NCBI GenBank assembly: GCA_028534125.1
Contig: CM052828.1
Span: forward strand, 4,588,001-4,652,000
Source: Lama glama
Lineage: Eukaryota
Direction of reading: 5' to 3'
DNA: 64,000 nt
The position numbers and the translations under genes were made by a program. A model generated the notes under the pieces. That model had not been told where the DNA came from and made no database searches. It worked only from the letters and a program-made list of their open reading frames with translations. Of this stretch, positions 38,151-50,068 are shown piece after piece (position 1 is the stretch's first letter; every line of letters begins with the position of its first letter).

Positions 38151-38672
38151 CGAAACACCCTGCTTCATTATGCCCATGATATAAAAGCAACTGAAGCTCA
38201 GTGAGAGAAGGTGGGTTCCTTGGAGAACACTGTGTCTTCCTAACAGCGCCCTCAGCATCCTCTAGCGTAATTATTGTGTAATTATTGTAATGGAGGTACA
38301 TCCCGCACCTAAGGCTGTGAGCTCTGTGAGTCCAGCAACCACGTGAGACTCATTTACACCAGTGCACGGAGGGCCAAGCCAGGTTTATACATACCAGGTG
38401 TTCCATAATCATCAAATGAATGAAAGAAAGAATGAAGAAAAGGAAACCGAGTCCAAGGGAACGAATTTGGGGCCAGCAGAGATAGCTGGGTGAAGTCTTT
38501 TCTGGGGGGAAAGCGTCCTGGCACGACGCCTCCTGTTCTCAGCTTAGTGTCTTCAGGAAGTTGTAAACGGCCAACAACGGAGGCAGATCTGAAGAGCAGC
38601 GGGGGCAGCTGGCTACACTAACCCACAAGCTCAGGGAACAAGTTTGCTCTGAGATTGAGGCCCTCCTGGTGG

Positions 38673-39550
38673 CTTCCCTTTCTCTTGGGGTCCAGGCACT
38701 TGGGTGCAGACATGGCCAAGTTCAAGAACCACACCACGCACAGCCAGTCTTGAAAATGGCACAGAAACGACATCAAGAAACTCTGACCACAAAAATGTGA
38801 GCCTCCTAATGGGATGGGCCCCAAGTTTCCGACGAACATGCGCTTTGCCAAGAAGCACAAGAAGATGGGCCCAAGGAAGATGCAGGCCGTGATGCCAGTG
38901 CCACGAGTGCAGGTGTCAAGGCTGTCAGGTCCTCGTAAAGGCAAGAAGGCCAAGCCCAAGATTGCAAAGGGATCAACAAGTGCAGTTGACTTACCTACAT
39001 TGCAGACCCCAGACTCGGGAAGCCTGCTGGTGCTGCATCACCCCAGGAATCAGGCTCTGCCGGCTGAGTCTAAGACCGAGGTGCAAACCAAGGCCCAGCT
39101 AAACCTCCTGCTCCAGCTCAGCTCCTGCTCCTGCTCCAGCTCAGCTCCTGCTCCTGCTCCTGCTCCAGCTCAGCTCCTGCTCCTGCTCCAGCTCTTGCTC
39201 CTGCTCCTGCTCCAGCTCCAGCTCCTGCTCCTGCTCCAGCTCAGCTCCTGCTCCAGCTCCAGCTCAGCTCCTGCTCCAGCTCCAGCTCCAGCTCCAGCTC
39301 CTGCTCCAGCTCCAGCTCCAGCTCCAGTTCCTGCTGAGCTCCAGCTCCAGCTCCTGCTCCTGCTCCAGCTCCAGCTCCTGCTCCAGCTCCTGCTCTACTT
39401 CCACCTCCCAAAAGTGCCCAGGCCACCACGATGGCTCAGAGCGGCACCTCTTTCTGCCAATGTGAGGGTAGAAGGACTGATGTGACCCCTGGGCTGCTAG
39501 TTGGGCTGGTCTCCTCCTGTGCTATTTGTATAAATAAACCTGAAGCAGGA
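38673..39550 (+). pseudogene. RPL29: Processed pseudogene of ribosomal protein L29 (eL29)
   Basis: ATG at 38712 reads [57 protein letters not shown] versus RPL29 [59 protein letters not shown]. TGA stops at 38751 and 38784 (Arg positions, CGA>TGA type); intronless; TOP-like CTTCCCTTTCTCTT 5' end; RPL29-like 3' UTR with AATAAA at 39533-39538. Confidence 0.96.
39105..39395 (+). repeat. (CTCCWG)n hexamer tandem repeat inside the RPL29 retrocopy
   Basis: About 290 bp of CTCCTG/CTCCAG units with occasional CTCAG 5-mers. Confidence 0.97.
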
Positions 39551-40096
39551 TCTGCCCCTTCCCCTCTCAGAAAGGAAGCCCTCCTGCTGGGGAGTAGGTA
39601 ACAAGGATGTGTTCTGGTTGTTTAAACCAGCATAACGCCCCCCCTACATCTGGCAGAGTACCCTCCTGTACAGTGTTCTATGTTTAAATAACAAGTGTTC
39701 ATGTGCTCAGGTGTTGTTGTTACTTCTGTTGTCCCCCCCCTCCCCTGAGAGAAAGAAGGTGGTAAAGTTTTCTAGTCACTCCTACTTTCCGGGCTCATCA
39801 AATCTAAAAAGGGAAAGAGGCTTTCAGTCAGTAACTATTTATAGTGGGACTGGGTTCCCAAATGAGCTCGTCAGGCCAAACGCATAAATAGTCAGAAGGA
39901 CACTAGAAAACCTTTTAAGTTGCCCATAGATTACAGTCATCTGTCCTTCCTTAGTCTGATGGCCAGTCCTGCCTAGGGCCTTGGAAGAGATCCCTGTGTG
40001 TTCTATGGACACCAGAAGTAGTCACCCTGTGCCTGGGGTCCATGATGAAGAAAAACATTCGCATCTTTACAGGGTCAAGCAGATGCCAGTGGGAAA

Positions 40097-40613
40097 NNNN
40101 NNNNNNNNNNNNNNNNNNNNNNNNNNNNNNNNNNNNNNNNNNNNNNNNNNNNNNNNNNNNNNNNNNNNNNNNNNNNNNNNNNNNNNNNNNNNNNNNNNNN
40201 NNNNNNNNNNNNNNNNNNNNNNNNNNNCATTCTAAGCAAAGTAAGCCAGAAAGAGAAAGAAAAATACCATATGGGATCGCTCATATGTGGAATCTAAAAA
40301 ACAAACAAACAAAAACAAAGCGTAAATACAGGACAGAAATAGACTCATAGGCAGAGAATACAGACTTGTGCTTGCCAGGAGGGTGGATGGTGGGAAGGGA
40401 TAGACTGGGATTTCAAAATTGTAGAATAGATAAACAAGATTATACTGTATAGCACAGGGAAATATACACAAAACGTGATGGTAGTTCACAGAGAAAAAAA
40501 CGTGACAATGAGTGTGTATATGTCCATGTATGACTGAAAAATTGTGCTGAACACTGGAATTTGACACATTGTAAAATGATTATAAATCAATAAAAAATGT
40601 TAAAAAAAAAAAA
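40097..40613 (+). mobile_element. Camelid L1 3' end (5' part in N gap)
   Basis: CATTCTAAGCAAAGTAAGCCAGAAAGAG...TATAGCACAGGGAA...AATAAAAAATGTT-polyA; TSD core TGCCAGTGGGAA at 40084-40095 and 40619-40630. Confidence 0.92.
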
Positions 40614-42609
40614 GCATGTGCCAGTGGGAAGCAGCATGTTTCTCATCTCTCACCCACCAGGATGCTTGGTCCGTGAGGCTGACTCACCAGGACTCCACGT
40701 GCCCTTCCTCCCTCCCTCACCGAGCAAATGCTGGGTCAGGGGACACAAAGAAAAGGCACTGTCCTCACCCTTGAAGAGTCTGCCACCCAGTGAGGGTCAC
40801 AGCCTGATCTTGTCTCCTTTTCAGCGACCTTGGTTGGGGATAAGAAACACAGCAACAGTCTTGACTTTTGAAAACACTGGAAGCCTCTGTTTCTCTTCTC
40901 CCGAACTTAGCTGGACCCCTTTCACACCTGGACCCCAGCCACTGTCCCCCAGGCAGGTTAGAATCTCAGGCTCAATCCAGTTAGAGAGGTGGGAACTTGA
41001 TCTAGGCTAACATGTGATCTCCAGCCACGAGGGACTTGGCAAGATCCCAGGAGGAAAAGAAATTTGTATTCTAAGCTGAGGCTAATTGTTCCCATATTAT
41101 TTTGCCATTTCCCTATTACAGGAGCAGTGTGCATGCTTGAGGCAAGACACAGGCCGAGTTAGAGCAAGTGTTAAAACCAAGCAGGCTGTGCCATTTACAA
41201 AAGAAGTGAAAGTTGAGGTTCCCCAGAGAGAGGGAGTCGCCACTAAGGTATTTTCTGATTCTGAGAATGTTACTGTGAACTCCAGCAATGCTGCTACCCT
41301 TGAAACCCACGCTTCAATTTTCTTAATACTCATGGTTGAGCCTCGAGAAAGGTCAGTTGATGTCAACAATTTTCTGTCAGAGGCAAATTTACAAATTCCC
41401 AGGAAAAATATGTGAGAATGTCAAATCTTTGGGAAATATACGGAAAGAGTCAGGGAAGGGGTGAGCCCAGATGCCACCCCCCTCCTAAGAGTTTTTAAAC
41501 AAAATCAGGAAGAGATTTCGAGGTAAAGTGTTTAAAACATCTGGTTCTTATTGGAAATATGATTAGAAATGTATCTTACTATATGAGGCATTTTGAAAAC
41601 TGAGAGGAAGTACATTTCTGGGTGACCCAGTGTTTTGGATGATGTCACAGTCATGGCACGAAGAGAAATACCAAAGGCTTTTTTGAAATATTTTGAGAGA
41701 TTTGCTTTGTATGTTGTTTTATTATTGTTTTTATGAAAAGCTGTTTACAAATGAAATAAGAAGGAAGAGAATGAGACTTGCTCAAATGCAATTAGGACTC
41801 AAGAAATCCCTAAACCTAAGTAACGTAAAGAGAGAAGGTGGTCGATAAGACAGGGTTTCAAAATGCTGGTCAATTATAAAGCAAATGTTTTCTTTTCTTT
41901 CCATTCTCTGCCCTTTCCCACCCCTGTTTGTTTGTATTTGGTCCATTTTCCACTCTGAAAGTAATAAAGAAAAAGGAGCATGTATTTGATTAGAGAACCC
42001 AAAAAAGGAAATAAATGGCTCTAGCTAGCTCCTGGTCCAGCTCACCCACCTGTCTCTCCTTGGCCAATTTTTTAAGTCCTAGCAGCCAGATCTATTGCAT
42101 TGGAACTCCTGGGGGTCAGATCCAGGAATCAGTGTATGCTTTTTAAAAAAAAAACAAAACTCCCCAGATGATGCTAATGGTGCAGTCAAGGTTGGGAGCC
42201 ACTGTCATTAACACTGCAACATCACGGGGGAGAGACTCCCTGGCCAGCAACCAAGTATTTCCCAGGCTTTTGTACTCACAGACCAGAAACATTTCAAAAC
42301 GCACTTGGGGGAGCAATATATATTTTGGTTTGTCAAGATAGCAAAACCAACGATTACCATTTACTATCATGATCAATTTCATGCAATACAGGACATGCAA
42401 ATACTAAAACAGCAGAAAGGACATAATCTCAGAGTATTAAAAACCCGATTGCATATGTATATATATATATGCATAGCTGTAGATGTTTAAATGTATATTT
42501 CATCATATTTCTTTCTCCCTTTTACTGAGAAATGTTCTTGGACTGCCTGGCTTTGGGACCGCCTTGGATCCTATCTGCAACACTCCTTCCCAGATGCTGA
42601 CACCAAAGG

Positions 42610-42830
42610 AACATTTACTCTTTGCCAAGCCCTTGTCTAATTGGTTTACACATATTAAATCATTTAATTCTCATGACCCTAAAAAATAGGAACTGTTATT
42701 ATATTCATTTCTCAGATAAAGAAATAATCACTGCCGGTGAAGCAATTAGCTCCAGGTCACATGGTAGGGGCCGGAGCTTCGCTTTGAACCCAGGCAGTCA
42801 GATTTCAGAACGCCACGTTCTTAACCACTT
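42610..42830 (-). mobile_element. MIR
   Basis: TCATTTAATTCTCA...CATTTCTCAGATAAAGAAA...AGGTCACATG...TTTGAACCCAGGCAGTC. Confidence 0.78.
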
Positions 42831-43619
42831 ACAGCACCAGTAGCTGTATGTTCATGTATTACAGTAGTCGGCAAACATTTATTAAACAACTGCTGTATGG
42901 TTGGCACCATGATGAACCCCAGGAATACAGAGATTGAGGGGAGTAAGACTAGGTCCTTGGTACCTAGATGTGCTGGGGACACACTTAGTCCCACCCCTCA
43001 AGTCTCCACAGAAGGAGGGACTTTCCACTCCTCTTCCCAGGAGGGAAATGAAAGAGGTGCCCATCCACTTCTCTCTGCCCCCATACTTGCTACCAGCAGT
43101 GGCTTGTGATGGTTTACCAGATGATCAGTAATTTGGAAGAAGAAACCTGGTTGGCCAAGCAATGAGTTTCCTGGGTTGGCCTCTTCTCCCAGGAAGGGGG
43201 TGGTTTGCATTGTTTCGAGGCTGCCAAGGAGCTTGGGGAAGCCTGGCTAATTCACTGCTGTCTGGACGCCCTATTGGCCATTCAGCTACTGAAGAGCCTG
43301 GCCAAAAGCCCAGGCCCTGTTGCCGCTGGGCTTGTGGTCAGTGGCAACAACACCTGGGAGTGATTAAGGATTTGCCTCCCTGTGAAAAATGGTCATCAAG
43401 TAGAGCTTAGTTTGTACTAGGGGGGGTGGGAGGATCTGCCCTGAAAACACATGGCTGGGCATCTATGCCAACATTCTTACACCTGCAAGGCTGCCAAAGG
43501 CCGAGAGTCTTGTGTAGGATGTGCAAGTGCCTATGAAAGGAAACCAGGAGGCGGGAGAGCCCGGAGCAGGGATTCCCAAGCCAGACGGGGGGAGGGGGCG
43601 CATGAACTGAGTCCTGAAG

Positions 43620-44400
43620 GACCACAGATGGTTTAGACTTTGAGGAGTAGGAGTAGGGGCGGAAAGACACTCCAGGCAGGGGTGGGAGCAGATGCAGAGG
43701 CAGGAGAGGACACAGCCTACAGTTCAGAAGGACCAGAGCACAGAGCATCTGTGGCAGAGAGGAAGAAGTGAGCCTGGAGGGACAGGCAGGGATGGAAGTG
43801 TGTAAAGCCTCGAATGCCACGCCAAAGCTTTTGTATTTCACCCTGAAGGCAGTGAGGAGCTCAACAAGGATTTTGAGCAGGGAGTGACATGATCACTGTT
43901 ACATTTCAGCAAGATTTCTCCAGCAATAGCGTGGTGAACGGGGACAAGAGGAACTGCTGGGAGGCTGGGATGGTGGCAAAAGACAATGAGGTCTGGAAAT
44001 AAGGGAGATGGCTGTGAGGATGCAGAGGAGAGAGAAATTAAAGAGACATTAATAGCGTAGGGAACTATATTCGATATCTTATAGTAACTTACGGTGAAAA
44101 AGAATATGAAAATGAATATATATATGTTCATATATGACTGAAACATAATGCTGTGCACCAGAAATTGACACAACATTGTAAACTGATTATACTTCAATAA
44201 AAATACATATTTAAAAAAAAAGAGACATGAATGGTTCATGGTGATCCATCAGCTTTGGAGATCAGGGTAAAAGAAGTCTGATTTCTGGCTTAGCAACTGC
44301 GTGTACAGAGGTGCTATTCCCAAGATAGGGAATATAAAGAGATCAGGAAGAGGGTGATAGTTCAGAGGCGGCCAAGTGTGTTTTGAGGTGTCTGTGATGG
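43620..44400 (-). mobile_element. L2 remnant (split by an L1 insertion)
   Basis: TGAAGGCAGTGAGGAGC...GGATTTTGAGCAGGGAGTGACATGATC; GATTTCTGGCTTAGCAACTG. Confidence 0.7.
44052..44218 (+). mobile_element. Short L1 3' end inserted in an L2
   Basis: L1 tail motif plus polyA; TSD AAAGAGACAT at 44040-44049 and 44219-44228. Confidence 0.9.
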
Positions 44401-46538
44401 GAGTTCCTGTCCTGCTCTGTGGTTGGTCCCTCCTGTGGTTCGTTGAACTGGACACAGCTCTGCCAGCATGCCCCAAGACACTCCTGTGGTTACCAGTGAC
44501 ACCCATGAGATGCAGTAGCCGTTCTGTTACACGTGGAATCCACGTTGCTTCTTCCCCTTGCTCTGGGCCCTGGCAGAGCATCCGCTGCGGCTCTCAGGAG
44601 TGGTTCTGGCTCCTGTCTCCGGCGAGTCACCCAGCTCCTCCTGCACTCACTCCCTCCCCTAAGTCTCTCCTGCCACCTCCCCAGTAACTGGTTCCACCAG
44701 TTTTTCTGAGCATTTTGCCCTCTCCTCCACTCCAGCTGAAATCACTTTGCCTCCAGGCACTTTTTCGTCTTCCCCGTGCAAGGCACCCCATCTGAGCAAG
44801 AAGCCACAACCCTGCCATCTTAAATCATGGTCCCAGCTGATTTATCTCTCTCCTGTGTACCCATTTGGAGTCGGTTCTGCCTGGGGCTGGCAGATTTAGG
44901 TGAAACATCCCAGTGGATCTGCTCTATTCTGAGGTCTGTCCTGACAGAAGGCACACTCTGGTCTTTTAACAGGAATTAAGGTGATCAGGGCCAACCTGGG
45001 GTCAGCAGAAGGGTTTGGGGCTACACCAGCATGGAGCTAGAACATCTACAAGAATCTCCCCAGTGCCTCCTCTAAGACCCAACTTTGACCAAGAAAGAGT
45101 CCCCTGGATTGTTCACCTCCCTCTCTGCCCTCTGAGACTGGGCAAAGCTTGGGAGAAGACGTCTGGATTCTGGGCCAGTCTGAAGATCACAGGAGCAGCT
45201 AATTTTAGTAGACAAAAGAGAAGTTAAGTCCAAGACTGAATTCGATCTCGAATTTCCTACTAGACCCTGCAGCTCGAAGGACTTGTCTATGAAACGTGGT
45301 TGATTCATGTTGGCTGGGGCCAGTGTGGAGGAGGCCACAGCTCCAAACTGTCTTCTGGGAGACTGGCTGCCCAGCTCAGTCTTCTATAACTGCATACTTT
45401 CTCAGCCAGAAGGCTTCATTTCGGCGGGACTTGGAGTTCAAACTTGGGTTGATTATAGACTGAGCTCTGCCAATGAAATGGAGCTGCTACATGAAAGCTG
45501 TCACACAGAACCCAGACAAAGGCCAAAATATAAAAACATCACTCTATCAACACTGTTGCTCTGATGAGGCAGGCTGGCCCAGCCAAAGAAATTGCCTCAG
45601 TGTGATAACTTTCAACCCCTACCCGTCTTTTCTTCTGTCCCCTCTGGGTTGGTGATATCATGAGAATAGTTCTCGATTGAGACCCAAGAAATTTCCTGGG
45701 TCCCTGGAAATTCTTATTTTGCCCCTTACCACAGGGCCACTTGTGCAGGTCATTTAACCTCTTTGGGCTTCAATTTTCTCATCTAAAGATATTAGATTGA
45801 AAAAGAGATCAAAGGAGATTGAATGGGAAAACATGTGGAAACTTTTGCATTCAGTACAAAGCCATAGAACTAGAATTTTCTGTAAAGGTTGCTTCAAAGG
45901 ATTGCTGACCTTACATATACTAATTTCAGTGTTTCCTGTTGATCAGGTTCACTATATGCGTTCATTCAGCAAGCAGTTCTCAACATCATCATGGTGTGAA
46001 GGTGTCGTCCTGTTAAATGGATTTGTCCGCGTTTTTATCTCCCTGGTACATTCTGTGATACTACCCACCCTCCCTCCAGCCCAGTCTAATCAGATAATGG
46101 TAAAAGGCTCTGTTTTCACTGTCCTCAGGGTCAAAGGTTTAGAGCAGAAATGCAGAGAGAACAAATAAAGACACACTCAGCTTTTGGATTTTGAAATAGA
46201 TCTTGAGTCTCGGAGCAGAGATAAGATACAAGAAAAAGGTTTTCAGTCTTAAAAAAACAAGGTCTTGAAGGACTTAGGGCATAGTGTTTGTGCTATAAAT
46301 GACACAGTTAGGAGAATGATCAGATGAGAGCAATTTTTTGCACTCCAAAGGAGTCATCCAGACCAAATGGGGTGGGCAGGGGAGAAGACATCAGGGGGAG
46401 GCAGGGAATGAAAGAACCCCTAGGTATGTCAGGGGATCAGACACAGCTGGCCTTTCACAGCAAGGGTGCCGGGTTTGGTGGCAGGGCTCTCTCGTGCTAG
46501 TGGGACAGAACAGCAATAAGGTAAAAATGACAATCTGT

Positions 46539-46573
46539 GGGGAGGGTATAGCTCAAGTGGTAGAGCACATGCT
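46539..46573 (+). mobile_element. 5' fragment of camelid SINE (A-box only)
   Basis: GGGGAGGGTATAGCTCAAGTGGTAGAGCACATGCT then abrupt end; no B-box or tail. Confidence 0.8.
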
Positions 46574-47415
46574 GATTAATTGTCCCAAAAGTTGTGGGGA
46601 AAGCATCACCCAGCCACTCTTGATGTTTGGCATTGAACCAGTGGTGCCTATTCATGAAACAATAACCCAGAGGAGAACCTCCCCCCCAATCCCCAACCCG
46701 CCATGGTCAGTTGACTCTGTTGTTTCAAGTTAGCTCATGGGAAATGCAGTGACTAATTTAGATTTGGGAAAGACCTGGAGTGGTGGAAACCTTGAGGACC
46801 TGAGATTTAAGTTGAAAGAGTAACGTGATCACGTAGAGGGACAGAAACCCTTATTTGCTGCTGAGGACATGTGAGCAATGCATTTCTGCTGCACCCACAC
46901 GGGACTTCTTTGATATTGATAATTCCATTCAACGGTCAGGTGATGTCTCCGGGACTACTGATGTCCTTAAGAAAACAAAAGCTTAAACGAGCCCTATGGC
47001 TAATGTTGGAGCAGCTGCAGGGATGACAGAGCCAGCAGGTCCCAAGGTCAGAGTATGGGTTCAGCTTTCCAAAGCTTCCCCTGCTCCCCCTCCCACCCCA
47101 GCCTCCACGCATCTATTCTCCACCTCCTTGCTCTCATCCCTGATAGAGGAACTAAACAAAGACAGAGGAAAGAGATCCACATGCGACGGGGAAAGAAAGG
47201 ACAAGAAGAAGGAGGGTGGACGGACAGAAAGGGAAATACAAAGAGGAAGAAAACAGAGCGATATAATTTAAACTCTACACAGAGTCTGCTGCTTGATGTA
47301 ACGCCCCTGTGACCTTTTACTAAGTGTGTGTGGGGTCATTTTCCTCTTGGTGAAAAGGATGAAAATCTAAAATAATAATGATAGTTACCTTGATTGAGTC
47401 ATCACTGCTCTGCAC

Positions 47416-47464
47416 TGTGCGCGCGCGCGCACACACACACACACACATACACACATGTATACGT
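47416..47464 (+). repeat. Compound (GC)6(AC)n alternating purine-pyrimidine tract
   Basis: TGT(GC)6(AC)8ATACACACATGTATACGT. Confidence 0.93.
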
Positions 47465-49040
47465 TCAAGAGAAATGTAGATAAATGCATGGATTACAAAG
47501 TTCAACAACTTCAAAGGAAAGATTCTTAATGTCTTAAGGGATGGTGTCAGCCCCCTCAAAAAATTCTTATTGCAGGTAAAGAGGTATTTCCTCGTGGGTG
47601 TGCCCATGCACACAATATGCCTATAGGTTGTATAGGTTGTATTGTGTATTAAAGAGATTGACTTGTTTGGGTAATTTGAAAGTAGACGTGGGGCACTCCC
47701 CCAGGTGATGAGGAAAGCCTGAGCTGAGGGTGTGTGGAGAGCTGGAACCACTTCTCTTTAGCCATTTATTTGGCACAGTCACTTCTCTTGCTTTCTAAGC
47801 AATGATGGGGAGGAGAGCTCTTCCTCAGCAGAGGCTCGAGCCCTCAGATTCGGTTCCTCTTCATTAGTGACCTTCCGTGAGACTGTGTCTTGATCCCCCA
47901 GCTGGATTGCTAGCTCCATTTCTCCATCTTTGGGTCCCTCCCTGACCCTGCTCTGAGACCTTGGCTGTAGGGAAGTGTCAGTAAGCACTGATCGGTTGGT
48001 TGAGGGCCAGCTGGGCCATGTAATTTCCTCCAAAACCAAGAGGATGACTTGTCCTGGCAGCTTATACCTTGAGGATAAAAGACAAACACTGATTTAGAGC
48101 ATACATCTGGCTGTCAGAGCTGACCAAGGTGGGGCAGGATGCGCTGGGCCTGGCCTGCGAGAGTCCAGCCGTGTGGTCAGACAGCCACGAAGGCCTGTCT
48201 GCCTTGACCAGTGCAGGCCTGGCCGGGTCCTCCTTTGAGAAGAGAACAGAGCCCCCACTGAGGGTGTGAATTCAGACATGATTTTTCAACTGGATCAGTC
48301 ACCTCAGATTCCTGTAGGACTTGCCTCTGTCCATCTTTCTCTTTTTCTCTGTGTCTCTTTCTGTCTCTCTCAGTATATACTGAGTTCATCTGGATAATGT
48401 AAAAAGGGAGAAAAGCTATGGCAGTTCCTATGAGAAAGGCCCCTGATAGAGCAGTTATTTTATTGCAAAGAGGAATGATTCTTGTTTTTAAAGCAGGGTC
48501 CTTTCTGCATGAAACGTCTCTTCTCCCCAGCCTCCCTTCTAACATACATCTCTAAGGCATTCCTTAATTCTGGGAGTGCCACAGTGGTAAGCCATTCCTT
48601 TATCCTTTATTAAAGTATACACACACTCATTCAGAGCCCATTCCCCCAAAATGGTAGCAACCACTCACACTTTAGTATAAGTGAGTTTATGACACTCTGC
48701 TATTTATAGATTTCACTAGCAAAGAAGCAGGTGAAATCATGGGCCCTGGGATATGGGAGCCTAGAAAGACATACGACTTTAGGGGAAGGGGAACTGGAGG
48801 AAAAAATGAAGCAAAAAGGTGAGGCTGAAGATACCAGACAGAAAATTTTCTTTTGCGTTTTTTCGCAACGTCTTTCCTGCCCATCTCTCTCTGAAGTTGC
48901 TGCTCGTCTTTGTGTGCATGTGTAGATTACTCCTATGTAGACCCACAGGGGTACCAACGCGATTTTATCAGTGCACAATGCTAGCTGATTCTTTTAAATC
49001 ACATTAACATTTGTCCTTGAAACCATGGAAAATCTCCTAC

Positions 49041-49183
49041 TTTTTTTAAAGGCTTTTTGGGGGGCAGGAAGGAGATAATTAGGTTTATTTATTTATTTAC
49101 TTTAGAGGAGGTACTGGGGGTTGAACCCAGGACCTCTGCATGTTAAGCATGTGCTCTACCACTTAAGCTATACCCTCCCTCCC
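49041..49183 (-). mobile_element. Camelid tRNA-derived SINE
   Basis: GAGGTACTGGGGGTTGAACCCAGGACCTC...AGCTATACCCTCCC; CTCCTAC repeated in both flanks. Confidence 0.88.
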
Positions 49184-49910
49184 TGAAAAACTCCTACATT
49201 TTCAGCCAAATCCCTTTCATTCATTCATTCTCATAAATATTGATTTAATACTGTTCTGGGCATTAGGAATACAGAAATGAACAAGACAGATAAATGGTTT
49301 TTACTTGTATGGTGAAAATAAATGTGCCCTTTGTCTAATTAGACTGTACTTAGGAAGAAAAAAGAAATGTCCCTGTTTGGCTTAGGTTGGTGGGAGTGTG
49401 TGTGTTGGGGAGAGAGAGACATTGAACCTATGAAGAAATCACTGAGTCTTTTGAAGTTTTCCTATATTTATTTTTAATTAATTTGAAAGTTCAAATTACC
49501 TTGAACAAGTGCCTTAATTGCTCACTCTGCAATTAAGTCATTATCTCCTTCTTTCTTATGTTCATAATATTTGAAATAGGGAATACTTTCGTAGCTTCAA
49601 ACCAAAAATTTTATAACAAAAAGCAAAGAAACATAAAGGAGGCTCAAATACATGCTTTCGTATTTAGTTCTTAAGTTTCACTCAAAAGCAACCTTGTTAA
49701 TATTTCTTTGGGGAATTTTTCTGCAAAAGATGTACTGACTGAGAATTAAAAATGAGTCCATTCAAATCTAGGCTAGAGATGGCTTCTACCATCAGCATAG
49801 GTATTACTGCCAGAAGGCCCTTGATAGTGTATAATACTTGAAGTGGCATCTTTCTCAAGTATCTTTTTACTAATTGAATGTTGCCTTTGACATCTGAGGA
49901 ACTCTCATTT

Positions 49911-50068
49911 CCTGGCTATGCTGTGTATGGGACCTGGTACAAAATTAAAATGGCAGACCCCTTGTTCAGAATTTCAAGACTAACAACAGGGCATTAAACC
50001 AAGTGTAGGCCCTTCTGAGTGCCGGACTCTGGACAAATGCAGTTTGCCTGCCTGTGAAGCCAGTCCTG
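49911..50068 (-). mobile_element. MER45A-like hAT DNA transposon
   Basis: Minus strand CAGGACTGGCTTCAC...CACTCAGAAGGGCCTACACTTGGTTTAATGC...GTCTTGAAATTC...TAGCCAGG resembles the recalled MER45A consensus. Confidence 0.75.

Noticed and set aside
39105-39395. CRISPR-like array or other prokaryote-style system
   Set aside because: Eukaryotic DNA; the repeat is a simple head-to-tail hexamer with no spacers.
38712-39485. Functional RPL29 gene
   Set aside because: Intronless, two in-frame TGA stops within the first 25 codons, further indels, no CpG-island promoter.
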